Below are positions 9,003 through 18,298 of a stretch of DNA of 64,000 nt, piece by piece. The notes beneath the pieces were generated by a model. That model had not been told where the DNA came from and did no database searches. It saw nothing but the letters and a program-made list of their open reading frames with translations. The DNA is from Candidatus Microsaccharimonas sp. (lineage in GTDB: Bacteria; Patescibacteriota; Saccharimonadia; Saccharimonadales; Saccharimonadaceae). Within the stretch, counting starts at the first letter, position 1. Each line of letters opens with the position of its first letter. A program made the position numbers and the translations under genes. The stretch is from the NCBI GenBank assembly GCA_036569465.1, contig DATCQO010000014.1:9507-73506 (forward strand), in the 5' to 3' direction.

Positions 9003-9716
9003 CTATAAATTCTCCTCTAACATTGCGCCAGTTTGTCTGACAAGGCGCATTACTTTTTCATAACTTTGTCGTGTTGGCCCAATGACTCCGATGTAACTGT
9101 TGTCACTATACGGTGATCGGAAGCGGCTAATAATCAATGTCGCACCACTTGCTTTCCCGATTGGATTTTCTGATCCAATATAGACGTTCAATGGCTCGTT
9201 TAATTTTGCTTCGCGGAGCCAAGGCTCTAAATCATCAAGTAGTCGCGCCACACTTTGTGCGTGGTTGCCCTGTAAAAACTCTGGCTGTGAGAATAGGTTT
9301 CCGATACCCGTCATATATAGTTCGTCACCAATTGTTGCGATGCCCATATTCTGAGTTAATTCCACGAGGCTATCAACGGCACTTCGAATGGCCCGGTCTG
9401 CTCGATCTGAATGCGTATGCACCCTGGCCTCGATCGCTCTCGCACTGCGATCGGGTAAGCTAGGCTGTAGTTCATTAGCGTGTGCTTCGTTCAACGTATT
9501 AACGTAGAAACGGTATCCAGCATCAGTTGGGATACGGCCAGCACTGGTGTGAGGCTGTTCGATCATTCCCATTTCCTCAAGGCGCACCATCTCGCTACGG
9601 ATTGTCGCACTGGACACACCAAAAAGCTTGGCAAGCATCACACTGCCCACTGGCGCTGCAATCTCGGCATGTTGCTCGATGATTGCGGCTAAGATCTGCC
9701 TTTGGCGTTCTGTCAT
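9003..9716 (-). CDS. hrcA: Heat-inducible transcription repressor HrcA (short form)
   Basis: 237 aa. The N-terminal winged helix MTERQRQILAAIIEQHAEIAAPVGSVMLAKLFGVSSATIRSEMVRLEEMGMIEQPHTSAGRIPTDAGYRFYV is canonical HrcA. CIRCE elements are present in the window. Confidence 0.9.
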   Translation of the reverse strand: MTERQRQILAAIIEQHAEIAAPVGSVMLAKLFGVSSATIRSEMVRLEEMGMIEQPHTSAGRIPTDAGYRFYVNTLNEAHANELQPSLPDRSARAIEARVHTHSDRADRAIRSAVDSLVELTQNMGIATIGDELYMTGIGNLFSQPEFLQGNHAQSVARLLDDLEPWLREAKLNEPLNVYIGSENPIGKASGATLIISRFRSPYSDNSYIGVIGPTRQSYEKVMRLVRQTGAMLEENL

Positions 9717-9735
9717 GACCTTATTTTACCTTGTG

Positions 9736-9762
9736 TTGGCACTCGGTGTCAATGAGTGCTAA
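9736..9762. promoter_or_regulatory. CIRCE operator upstream of hrcA-grpE
   Basis: TTGGCACTC-N9-GAGTGCTAA (one mismatch in the palindrome), 20-46 nt upstream of the hrcA ATG. Confidence 0.8.
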
Positions 9763-9764
9763 AA

Positions 9765-10511
9765 CTAACGAATATCTTCAAGTTGACCGATGTAGTTGCT
9801 AATCGCTTTATTAAGGTCATGCATCGCGTCATTCGCTTGTGCGCGCTCACCAGCTGATGGACCTGTTTTGGTTTTAGAGTATTCAATAATTTTCTTTGCA
9901 GTATCATGGCTGACATCATTTGTAATCGGAATAAAATCAGGTTGGTTAACAGCATAGTTAAGCTCTTCTTGGGCTGAACGAAATCGCCGTAAAATCTCAT
10001 TATGATCACCAAGTACTCCACCCTGTCTTTTCATCAGGCGGGCAAGCCAAACTTCAAAATTCGGAGGCATAACAAAGTAAACTGATAAGTTTTCCATACC
10101 GAACGTCAAAAACTTTTCAGCACCCTCATAATTAATGTCGGTCAACGCCGTCTTTGCCAGGCCAGAGATTCGGCGATAGTCAGAAATAAGGGAACCGTTC
10201 ACCCGCCCGTGGACAGGAGCAACTTCTATATACTCTCCTTGATCCATTTTTTGAATCGCTTGTTCATTACTGAAGAAATAGTACTCTCGACCATCTTGCT
10301 CCATAATGCCGTTATTTTCGCGTGGCGCACGAGTCGTACTTGTCACGACCCTCATAAACTCATCTGATTCCCTAAGGATATCACCAATAACCGTGTCCTT
10401 GCCTGCTGCAGTGATGCCCGTGAGCATAACGGTCTCAATAGGGCGAAGTTCGTCAGCCACATCGGCTGGTGTGTCATAGTGTCTTATCTGTTGCTCGAGT
10501 GAACTATCCAT
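9765..10511 (-). CDS. Guanylate-kinase-like protein with atypical P-loop and C-terminal extension
   Basis: 248 aa. TSTTRAPRENNGIMEQDGREYYFFS matches the guanylate kinase TTRxxRxxExxGxxYxF signature. The Walker A reads GITAAGKD rather than GxxGxGK[ST]. Confidence 0.6.
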   Translation of the reverse strand: MDSSLEQQIRHYDTPADVADELRPIETVMLTGITAAGKDTVIGDILRESDEFMRVVTSTTRAPRENNGIMEQDGREYYFFSNEQAIQKMDQGEYIEVAPVHGRVNGSLISDYRRISGLAKTALTDINYEGAEKFLTFGMENLSVYFVMPPNFEVWLARLMKRQGGVLGDHNEILRRFRSAQEELNYAVNQPDFIPITNDVSHDTAKKIIEYSKTKTGPSAGERAQANDAMHDLNKAISNYIGQLEDIR

Positions 10512-10535
10512 AGCTTGCTCATTATATCAGAGATA

Positions 10536-12314
10536 TTAGTCTCGCTTAAGCATAACCATAAAAGCTTCGGACGGAATATCAACTTTACCAAATCGTTTCA
10601 TGCGCTTTTTACCCTTGGCTTGTTTTGCGAGGACTTTCTTTTTACGAGAAACGTCACCACCATATAGTCCGGTCGTCACATCTTTACGATAAGCACTCAG
10701 GTCTTCGCGAGCGATGAACTTGCCGCCGATTCCAGCCTGCAAGGCAACCTGGAAGTTCTGTCGTGGAATGACATCTTTTAATTTCTTGGTTACTTCACGA
10801 CCAAGACTTTGTGATTCAGATCGGTGCGCCATGATACTCAGCGCATCTACCATTGCACCGGCAACATAAAAATCAATACGCACTAAATCTTCCACGCGGT
10901 AATTATCAAGTTCATAGTTGAATGAACCGTAGCCACTGGTAATTGATTTCAGCTGGTCATAAAAGTCAGTCAAAAGATTCGCAAGTGGCGCTTCAAAACT
11001 AATCAGCGCACGCTCATCGATGTAGCTCAGGTTTGTTTGTAACCCACGCTTTTGAATAATCAGTTGGATGACCCCACCAATATAATTCGCCGGTACGATA
11101 ATTTCACCTTTTATCCATGGCTCGCGGATCTCTTTAATGCGCGTGACGTCAGGCAAATTACTGGCACTTTTGATGTCGAGGTCTTCACCGGAATTGAGCT
11201 TTACGTGATAGTCGGTCGAAGGGTTCGTAATAACAAGATCAAGATTATACTCACGCTCTAAGCGTTCACGAATAATGTCGAGGTGAAGGAGACCTAGGAA
11301 TCCGATGCGAACGCCGAACCCGAGCACAGGCGAAGTCTCTGGTTCGAATTGCAAGGCTGAATCACTGAGGCTCAGTTTTTCAACAGCGTCTTTGAGGGCT
11401 TGGTAATCATCATTACTCACCGGGAAGAAGCCTGCGTACACAAAAGGCTTCACTAGTTTGTAGCCTGGCAACATGTCCGTGGCTGGTCGACGACGAATTG
11501 TGACTGTATCACCGACACGGGCATCACGTGTCGTGCGAAGGTTGGTAACGATATAGCCAATCTCTCCGCTCTTGAGGACCGGGCTTGGACTCATCGCCGG
11601 ATTCAACGACCCAACCTCTAAAGCGATCCCATTCGCGCCTGTCGCCATCATATCAATTAGGTCGGCTTTCTTAATTTCGCCGTCAACCACACGAACATAC
11701 AGAATGACACCACGGTAATCGTCAAAGTAACTATCGAAAATAAGTGCGCGAGTTGGATCTTCGCTATTTCCACGTGGTGGTGAGATCTTTTCAACGATCT
11801 CATCCAGAACTTCGGTAACACCTTCACCTGTTTTCGCACTGATCTTCAAAATGTCGTCTTCGGTGCAACCAAGCAAGTTAATAATTTCAGCACTCACTCT
11901 CGGAATATCAGCAGCTGGTAAATCAATCTTATTGAGTACAGGAATAATTTTTAAATCAGCCGCCAGCGCCAAATACACGTTCGCTAAAGTTTGCGCCTGA
12001 ATACCCTGACTCGCGTCAACAACAAGAATCGCACCTTCACACGCTTGCAGGCTTCGTGAAACTTCATAGCTAAAGTCAACATGGCCCGGTGTATCGATCA
12101 GGTTCAGCTCATGCTCTTTGTATGTCATGCGAACCGGAGCGAGTTTAATCGTAATACCCTTTTCACGCTCAAGATCCATGCTATCAAGCAGCTGCGACTT
12201 CATGTCACGCTTCGAAACAGTTCCCGTCAGTTCGAGCATACGATCTGCGAGTGTTGATTTGCCATGATCAATATGGGCAATAATACAAAAATTACGAATG
12301 TGTTGTTGGGTCAT
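10536..12314 (-). CDS. lepA: Elongation factor 4 (LepA)
   Basis: 592 aa. IRNFCIIAHIDHGKSTLADR, DTPGHVDF and NKIDL GTPase motifs, plus the LepA C-terminal domain. Confidence 0.97.
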   Translation of the reverse strand: MTQQHIRNFCIIAHIDHGKSTLADRMLELTGTVSKRDMKSQLLDSMDLEREKGITIKLAPVRMTYKEHELNLIDTPGHVDFSYEVSRSLQACEGAILVVDASQGIQAQTLANVYLALAADLKIIPVLNKIDLPAADIPRVSAEIINLLGCTEDDILKISAKTGEGVTEVLDEIVEKISPPRGNSEDPTRALIFDSYFDDYRGVILYVRVVDGEIKKADLIDMMATGANGIALEVGSLNPAMSPSPVLKSGEIGYIVTNLRTTRDARVGDTVTIRRRPATDMLPGYKLVKPFVYAGFFPVSNDDYQALKDAVEKLSLSDSALQFEPETSPVLGFGVRIGFLGLLHLDIIRERLEREYNLDLVITNPSTDYHVKLNSGEDLDIKSASNLPDVTRIKEIREPWIKGEIIVPANYIGGVIQLIIQKRGLQTNLSYIDERALISFEAPLANLLTDFYDQLKSITSGYGSFNYELDNYRVEDLVRIDFYVAGAMVDALSIMAHRSESQSLGREVTKKLKDVIPRQNFQVALQAGIGGKFIAREDLSAYRKDVTTGLYGGDVSRKKKVLAKQAKGKKRMKRFGKVDIPSEAFMVMLKRD

Positions 12315-13941
12315 CTTTTACTTCCGGGCGTTTAAACAGAATTTTCTGGATACGTGATATTACAGGATTTACTTCCTTGAGCTTAAATAAATAGCTAAAG
12401 AAAAGATACACCGTAAAGCTAATGATCGTAATAAGGACAAACTTTGGTGCTGAGTCAAAGAAACGTTGGTCAGTTGAAGAAAGTGGCAATAACGCGACGG
12501 ATGCATATGTTGCCAAGGCAGTGAAGCCGGCAGCACTCACCATACGTCCAACGGCATGAATGAATGGTGTGTCGAATAATCCTTTGATGCGTCGTGACAT
12601 TAATACGAACAAAATAGATACCTCAACAATGGATACAATGACCGCTGCCCACGCAAGTCCCTGAACTCCCATACCAAGCAGTACTGTGAATGACACTGCG
12701 AGGGTAATATTTAGTGCGATCGTGAAAAGTGAAATGTACAGAGGCGTTTTGGTATCTTGTTGTGCATAAAAACTTCGTGCCGAGATAAAGTAGACTGATC
12801 GAAATAGAATTGAAATTGCAAGAATTGCAAGAATACTGGCCATATAAGGATCACCGCCGTTCACAATAAAGTTGACGATATACCCTCGACAGAGGACTGC
12901 AATCACCGTTACCGGTAGTGCCAGCCAGATAATCACACGCAGAACTTGTTGCAGCTCACTCTTAAACAAGTCAGGCCGTCCTTCTGCCATACGTTCAGTC
13001 ATTCGCGGGAACGCTGCAGTACTGATCGCGACACCAATCAAGTTAATCGGCACATATGACAGTGATGTCACCTGTTGATAGGCACGGACACTACCAGCTA
13101 ACATCCGTGATGCCAGGTTGGTTTCGACGATACTATTTACATAGTCGATACCTTGATCGAGCGACCGCGGAGGCAACAAGTGAAGTACTTGTCGAAAGCC
13201 TTTGTTTTTCCAATAAATCTTAAACGTATAGTTGAATCCCATACCAAATAGTCCAAAGGTACTGACAATCAGTTGTAGCATCGCCCCCAACACAACTCCC
13301 AGTGCAACACCCATGATACCGCCGTCGAATACCTGCCAACCAAACAAGTTTATACCGTTCGTAAAGAATAGCAGCCCGATAATAATACCGACGTTATACA
13401 GTGCCGGGGCCAGTGCAAAGAAAGCAAATCGGCCGACTGCTTGCTGCATGCTTGTAATCACTGTTGCCACTGCAAACAAGAACGGACTGACGGCAATCAC
13501 GCGCATCATACTGACGGCAAGTGATCGACTTGACTCATCAAGTCCAGGACCGACGACATAACGAACGAGTGGTTCGGCAAATATAATAATCAAGACACTT
13601 GTGACGAGTGTTGCAAGTGCCATCAAGTTGATAATACTGGTCGAAAGTTCCCATGCAGACTTTTTATTACCACTGGCGAGACGCTGGTTGAAGACTGGAA
13701 TAAAACTCACACTCAGTGCACCAGAAACCAAGATAATAAACATGAAGTCAGGAATCGTAAACGCAACCGTATAGGCATCAGCGCCTGTTGGGTACGTCGT
13801 GTAATACAGGCTGTTAAAAAGACGGTCTCTAAAAATACCAAGCAAGCTCGCAATTAATGACGAACCTGCAAGCAAAGCTGCCGCTAGTTGCAACGGCAGC
13901 TTTTTATTTAGTTTAGAGAGTGTCGTTCGAAAACTGATCAT
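12292..13941 (-). CDS. murJ: Lipid II flippase MurJ (MviN family)
   Basis: 549 aa polytopic membrane protein with the MviN/MurJ N-terminal pattern (LGIFRDRLFNSLY...). Its 3' end overlaps the lepA start by 23 nt. Confidence 0.85.
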   Translation of the reverse strand: MISFRTTLSKLNKKLPLQLAAALLAGSSLIASLLGIFRDRLFNSLYYTTYPTGADAYTVAFTIPDFMFIILVSGALSVSFIPVFNQRLASGNKKSAWELSTSIINLMALATLVTSVLIIIFAEPLVRYVVGPGLDESSRSLAVSMMRVIAVSPFLFAVATVITSMQQAVGRFAFFALAPALYNVGIIIGLLFFTNGINLFGWQVFDGGIMGVALGVVLGAMLQLIVSTFGLFGMGFNYTFKIYWKNKGFRQVLHLLPPRSLDQGIDYVNSIVETNLASRMLAGSVRAYQQVTSLSYVPINLIGVAISTAAFPRMTERMAEGRPDLFKSELQQVLRVIIWLALPVTVIAVLCRGYIVNFIVNGGDPYMASILAILAISILFRSVYFISARSFYAQQDTKTPLYISLFTIALNITLAVSFTVLLGMGVQGLAWAAVIVSIVEVSILFVLMSRRIKGLFDTPFIHAVGRMVSAAGFTALATYASVALLPLSSTDQRFFDSAPKFVLITIISFTVYLFFSYLFKLKEVNPVISRIQKILFKRPEVKDDPTTHS

Positions 13942-13956
13942 TCAGTATGGCCCGCG

Positions 13957-15822
13957 TTAGTAAAGCATGGCCTCCTTCGGAAGTTTTGCATCTTTCAGAA
14001 GTTTGATAACACCTTGTTCTTCAAGTGTTTCTTCGACGAGCAGCGCATCAGCAAGCTTCTTTAGACTCTTCATGTTAGCCATCAGGACAATTTCAGCACG
14101 GCCTGCTGCTTCCTTAATAAGCTGTGCAACTTCGATATCAATCTCTTTTGCAGTGTCGTCGCTATACGGACGTTCGTGCGTCATACGGTCGAACATCATA
14201 CCGCCATTGTCTTCATGGAAGACTTGGTCGCGAAGTTTTGTCCCCATTCCCTGTTCAATCACCATATCGCGAGCAATTTCAGTTGCCTTACGCAGGTCTG
14301 AACCTGCACCAGTTGTGATACCATCACGGCCGTTAATAAGTTTCTCGGCAATACGTCCACCAAGAGCACGCGCAAGCACGTCCTTGAACTCATACACACT
14401 GGTATACATCGTGTCTTCAGGTGGAAGGAACCATGTGACACCGCCAGTACCACCACGAGGAATAATCGTTACCTTGTGGACTGGGTCACTATCAGGAAGA
14501 ACGTGTCCAACCAAGGCATGTCCAGCTTCGTGGTAGGCTGTTAGCTCTTTGTCTTTCTGCGTCATGACGTGGCTTTTTCGTTCTGGACCAATTGCGACTT
14601 TTTCAAACGCTTCAGTCAAATCATCATTGCTGATTTTCTTTGCGTTACGACGTGCGGCAATAATCGCAGCCTCGTTGGCAATATTTGCAAGGTCAGCACC
14701 AGATGAGCCAGCAGTTTTTGCGGCAAGTTTATCAAGATTAACTGTTGTATCAGCCGGCTTGTTCTTGAAGTGAACCTTCAAAATCGCTTCACGATCTTTT
14801 CGTTCTGGAAGCATAATATTTGTTCGACGGTCAAAACGGCCTGGTCGAAGGAGCGCGGCATCCAAAACATCTGCACGGTTCGTCGCAGCCAGAACAATGA
14901 CATTCGTCCCTGTTTCGAATCCATCCATTTCAACAAGAATCTGGTTAAGAGTTTGTTCACGTTCGTCGTGTCCACCACCCATACCTGAACCACGCTTGCG
15001 TCCAACGGCGTCAATTTCGTCGATAAAGATAATGGCGGGTGCGTTCTTTTTTGCTTTCGCGAACAAATCACGAACACGTGATGCACCAACACCTACAAAC
15101 ATTTCAACGAATTCAGAACCACTAATACTAAAGAATGGAACGTTTGCTTCACCAGCGACAGCTCGTGCAAGCATCGTTTTACCCGTACCAGGACTACCAA
15201 CAAGCAGTACTCCCTTAGGGATCTTGGCACCAAGCGCTTCGTACTTCTTTGGATGCTTCAGGAAGTCAACAACTTCTTCAAGGTCTTGCTTCGCAGAATC
15301 ATTTCCGGCAATATCACCAAATACGACTTTCGTTTTGTCCTCACCATATAGTTTGGCTTTTGACTTACCAAATCCAAGTGCTTGATTGTTCTGTCCCTGT
15401 GCCTGACGCATCATGAACATAAAGAAGGCAGCGATAAGGATCACCGGAACGATAATAATCGCCAGGTTCCATAGGATACCACCTGTGTCACTTGGTGTCT
15501 TATTGGTCACAACAACACCGTTCTCAGATTCTGGTTTCAGACCTTGCTCGGCAAGGCTGCTTGAACCATCTTTGACAGATTTTTCAGTTGCATGATCGCT
15601 ATCTTTTGGCGTAATTGTTAAATTATTACCCTCAACAACAATCGTCTTGATCTCGCCTTTATTTGCGCTCTCAATCACTGTCGAGATAGGAACCTCTTGT
15701 AAATTATCGTGTGGCGTTGCAATTGCAATTGCCGCAAGCACTCCAATCACTAAAATCGCCCAAAAAAGCGAGAGTCGGAGTACATTATTTGGTTTCTTTG
15801 GAATAGGGGACTTTATGGCCAT
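13957..15822 (-). CDS. ftsH: ATP-dependent zinc metalloprotease FtsH
   Basis: 621 aa. Two TM segments, AAA+ Walker [12 protein letters not shown], Walker [10 protein letters not shown], the SRH region and the zinc motif HEAGHAL. Confidence 0.97.
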   Translation of the reverse strand: MAIKSPIPKKPNNVLRLSLFWAILVIGVLAAIAIATPHDNLQEVPISTVIESANKGEIKTIVVEGNNLTITPKDSDHATEKSVKDGSSSLAEQGLKPESENGVVVTNKTPSDTGGILWNLAIIIVPVILIAAFFMFMMRQAQGQNNQALGFGKSKAKLYGEDKTKVVFGDIAGNDSAKQDLEEVVDFLKHPKKYEALGAKIPKGVLLVGSPGTGKTMLARAVAGEANVPFFSISGSEFVEMFVGVGASRVRDLFAKAKKNAPAIIFIDEIDAVGRKRGSGMGGGHDEREQTLNQILVEMDGFETGTNVIVLAATNRADVLDAALLRPGRFDRRTNIMLPERKDREAILKVHFKNKPADTTVNLDKLAAKTAGSSGADLANIANEAAIIAARRNAKKISNDDLTEAFEKVAIGPERKSHVMTQKDKELTAYHEAGHALVGHVLPDSDPVHKVTIIPRGGTGGVTWFLPPEDTMYTSVYEFKDVLARALGGRIAEKLINGRDGITTGAGSDLRKATEIARDMVIEQGMGTKLRDQVFHEDNGGMMFDRMTHERPYSDDTAKEIDIEVAQLIKEAAGRAEIVLMANMKSLKKLADALLVEETLEEQGVIKLLKDAKLPKEAMLY

Positions 15823-15873
15823 GGTTAATCATCCTTTCGGCATATCTATAAAAGTAGCAGTGTTCTCTTCGCC

Positions 15874-16707
15874 TTATTTTAACAGTGAGAGGGAAAAATT
15901 ACGAGTGGTGAAATCGAATGTCAGCCCTGATCCCGCTTGATAGGAACTCTTTGGACTCGCAGTTTTGATTGCAAGTAGGGCTCGTTCGAGCTGCGGACGT
16001 GTTAACTTGGCATCCGATACAAAGCGAAGACACTCAATCGCAACCTGAGAGGGGATGTGTGTAAAAAAGTAACGACTATAGTTTGGACCAGACCCAACAA
16101 GTTCGGCGATGCCCTGGTTAATCAATCGTTTGGTTTCCAGCTGCTGGCTACGAAGGGCCAGTAATTCTCTTTTTACTTCAGAGTCTAAATCTCTGGTTGA
16201 CTTGCGCAGACGATTACGAAGGTATCTGTCACTCGCATTCGTACTATCATCGCGCCAACTGAGGTTACGCTGCTCGGCATATTCCACAAGATCGACTTTT
16301 GTGAGTAGTAGTAATGGGCGGAGAATATCCGAATCAAGAACCGCTAATCCGCGCCAGCCAGTCCCTCTGTGAAAATTAATTGCAATCGTTTCAACAACAT
16401 CATCCGCATGATGAGCGGTCACAATGCGTCCGTCATACTTTTTTGCGACAGCCCGCAGGAATACATACCGTCGATTTCGTGCTGTTTCTTCACTGGCTTT
16501 GGGCCCTAATTCTTCTCTCAAAGTTTCAAACTGAAATCCATATTCTTTCGCGAGGGCTTCAACAAATGCAGCATCCCCGGCTGAATCATCACGAATACCG
16601 TGATCAAAATGCGCAACAATAATCTCATGATCTGTTGTCATCGTTAACATATGAAGGAGCGATATCGAATCAACACCCCCACTGACCGCAACAATATAGG
16701 TTGCCAT
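15874..16707 (-). CDS. tilS: tRNA(Ile)-lysidine synthase TilS (short form)
   Basis: 277 aa. PP-loop VAVSGGVDSISLLHML, then HFDHGIR and AHHADD motifs. Confidence 0.9.
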   Translation of the reverse strand: MATYIVAVSGGVDSISLLHMLTMTTDHEIIVAHFDHGIRDDSAGDAAFVEALAKEYGFQFETLREELGPKASEETARNRRYVFLRAVAKKYDGRIVTAHHADDVVETIAINFHRGTGWRGLAVLDSDILRPLLLLTKVDLVEYAEQRNLSWRDDSTNASDRYLRNRLRKSTRDLDSEVKRELLALRSQQLETKRLINQGIAELVGSGPNYSRYFFTHIPSQVAIECLRFVSDAKLTRPQLERALLAIKTASPKSSYQAGSGLTFDFTTRNFSLSLLK

Positions 16708-17169
16708 TTACGCGCTCTCTTGTAACCTTTTCAGCTCATCAATCACTTGCTCACCGTGTCCCATAGGAGTGACACGACCATAGACTTTCACCACCTGTCC
16801 AGATGGATCAATAATAAATGTCTTCCGAAGAATACCTTCGCGGCCATACATCTTTTTGCCCCATGCACCGTATGCTTCGATAACGCTTCCTTCTGTATCG
16901 GTTAAAAGCGTAAAGTTAAGCGAGTATTTCGCCTTAAATTTTTCGTGGCTATTGGCATCATCTTTACTAATACCAATAATCTCAGCACCCATTTCTGCCA
17001 AAGTATCACGAGCATCCCGAAGGCTACAGGCTTCGGTCGTACAACCGGGTGTGTCGTCTTTGGGATAAAAATATAGGACAATCCATTTTCCCTTATACTC
17101 ACCTAATGTGTGTGTCTTTCCTGCAATATCAGGGAGTGTAAAATCTAGTGCTTCGTAGGGTGGTTTCAT
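16708..17169 (-). CDS. bcp: Peroxiredoxin (Bcp-type thiol peroxidase)
   Basis: The track ORF extends to 17298. The start was reset to ATG 17169-17167 (MKPPYEALDFTLPD...). It has the peroxidatic motif FYPKDDTPGCTTEAC. The stop abuts the tilS start. Confidence 0.85.
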   Translation of the reverse strand: MKPPYEALDFTLPDIAGKTHTLGEYKGKWIVLYFYPKDDTPGCTTEACSLRDARDTLAEMGAEIIGISKDDANSHEKFKAKYSLNFTLLTDTEGSVIEAYGAWGKKMYGREGILRKTFIIDPSGQVVKVYGRVTPMGHGEQVIDELKRLQESA

Positions 17170-17224
17170 CCTTTTAGTATAAACCCTCAGGTGTCTGTCA
17201 GGAAAACTTGTATAATAAAAAGCA

Positions 17225-18298
17225 GTGTCAAAACAAGAAATGAAAACACAGAACCGACTTGAAACCCTCGACCACCTTCGAGGCTTTTTCATTGTCACTA
17301 TCGTTATCGACCATATGTCACGCTACCCTACCCTTTTTGTCTTCTTATCTGGTAACGCACAGCTATGGGTGACAGCAGCTGAGGGATTTGTCGGTATTTC
17401 GGGACTGCTCGTCGGCTACGTCAGAGGTTACAAGAATCGTCACCTGCCCTTTAAAGAAGTCAGTAGTAAACTGCTACGGCGTGCGTTACTCCTCTATATC
17501 TGGTCACTCATCGCCTCTATCGTCTACGTTGCAATTATTTGGTACATTCCACTGCAAGGTGGCGCCCAAGATACACCGATGCAAAAGGGCGACTGGTCAG
17601 AATTCTTGTTCCAACTCATCACTCTCAGGTTCACGTATGTCTGGGTTCATTTCCTGACGCTCTATGCGCTTTTCCTGGCAGCCTCACCGATTGCTGTCTG
17701 GCTACTGCGTCGTAATAAGGCTTGGCTTGTTGGTGTGATTAGTTTTGTATTACTGGCTATCGGTTGGGCGACAAAGTCCGAAGCCCTGCAGTGGCAATTC
17801 CTCTTTTTCATCCCCAGTATCGTCGGCTTTTACCTTCACTCAATTCTTAATTGGTGGCATACCCTTAAACGATCTACGCAGATTGCTATCGCAGTATCGA
17901 CCGTCGCACTGACCGCCATTACGATTACTATTTCAGTCCTCTTGACGTACTACGAACCGTTAGAAAAGTTCGGTGAACCAATCAGCAATGTTTTATTTGC
18001 CAAAGATTCTATGAGTCTTCTGCGAGCTGGAGCAGCCTTCTTGTGGTTTACTGGCTACCTCTTTGTATTCTATAAATTTCGCCGTTTCATCAGTAGGTTC
18101 CTGAACTGGCTCCTGATTCCTGTTGGGACACGTTCATTGACAGCCTACATTCTTCACGGCGTGGCTTTATCGATTATTAGCTTCTTTACAATCGCCGGCG
18201 ACAATGTCTGGTTCAATACGCTGCTTGGCATTGTTGCAGTTATGATCACTTGGGGATTATTAAAAATTCCGTTTGTTCGCCGAATTGTTCCAGCTTAA
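17225..18298 (+). CDS. Polytopic membrane protein, OpgC/acyltransferase-3-like
   Basis: 357 aa, about 10 TM segments. The N-terminal RLETLDHLRGFFIVTIVIDHM resembles the conserved R..LD..RG....H start of acyltransferase-3/OpgC/DUF1624 proteins. Confidence 0.45.
   Translation: MSKQEMKTQNRLETLDHLRGFFIVTIVIDHMSRYPTLFVFLSGNAQLWVTAAEGFVGISGLLVGYVRGYKNRHLPFKEVSSKLLRRALLLYIWSLIASIVYVAIIWYIPLQGGAQDTPMQKGDWSEFLFQLITLRFTYVWVHFLTLYALFLAASPIAVWLLRRNKAWLVGVISFVLLAIGWATKSEALQWQFLFFIPSIVGFYLHSILNWWHTLKRSTQIAIAVSTVALTAITITISVLLTYYEPLEKFGEPISNVLFAKDSMSLLRAGAAFLWFTGYLFVFYKFRRFISRFLNWLLIPVGTRSLTAYILHGVALSIISFFTIAGDNVWFNTLLGIVAVMITWGLLKIPFVRRIVPA

Noticed and set aside
12292-12314. 23-nt overlap of the murJ 3' end with the lepA start as a possible frameshift or annotation problem
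   Set aside because: Both proteins have complete, conventional termini. Short overlaps are common throughout this compact window.
13967-15385. Long plus-strand ORFs antisense to ftsH (13967..14536, 14897..15385)
   Set aside because: These are shadow ORFs within a clearly coding minus-strand gene and have low-complexity Ser/Pro/Ala composition.
17170-17298. N-terminal extension of the bcp ORF and its overlap with the divergent gene start
   Set aside because: The peroxiredoxin homology begins at MKPPYEALDF. The extension would overlap the 17225 gene and promoter region.
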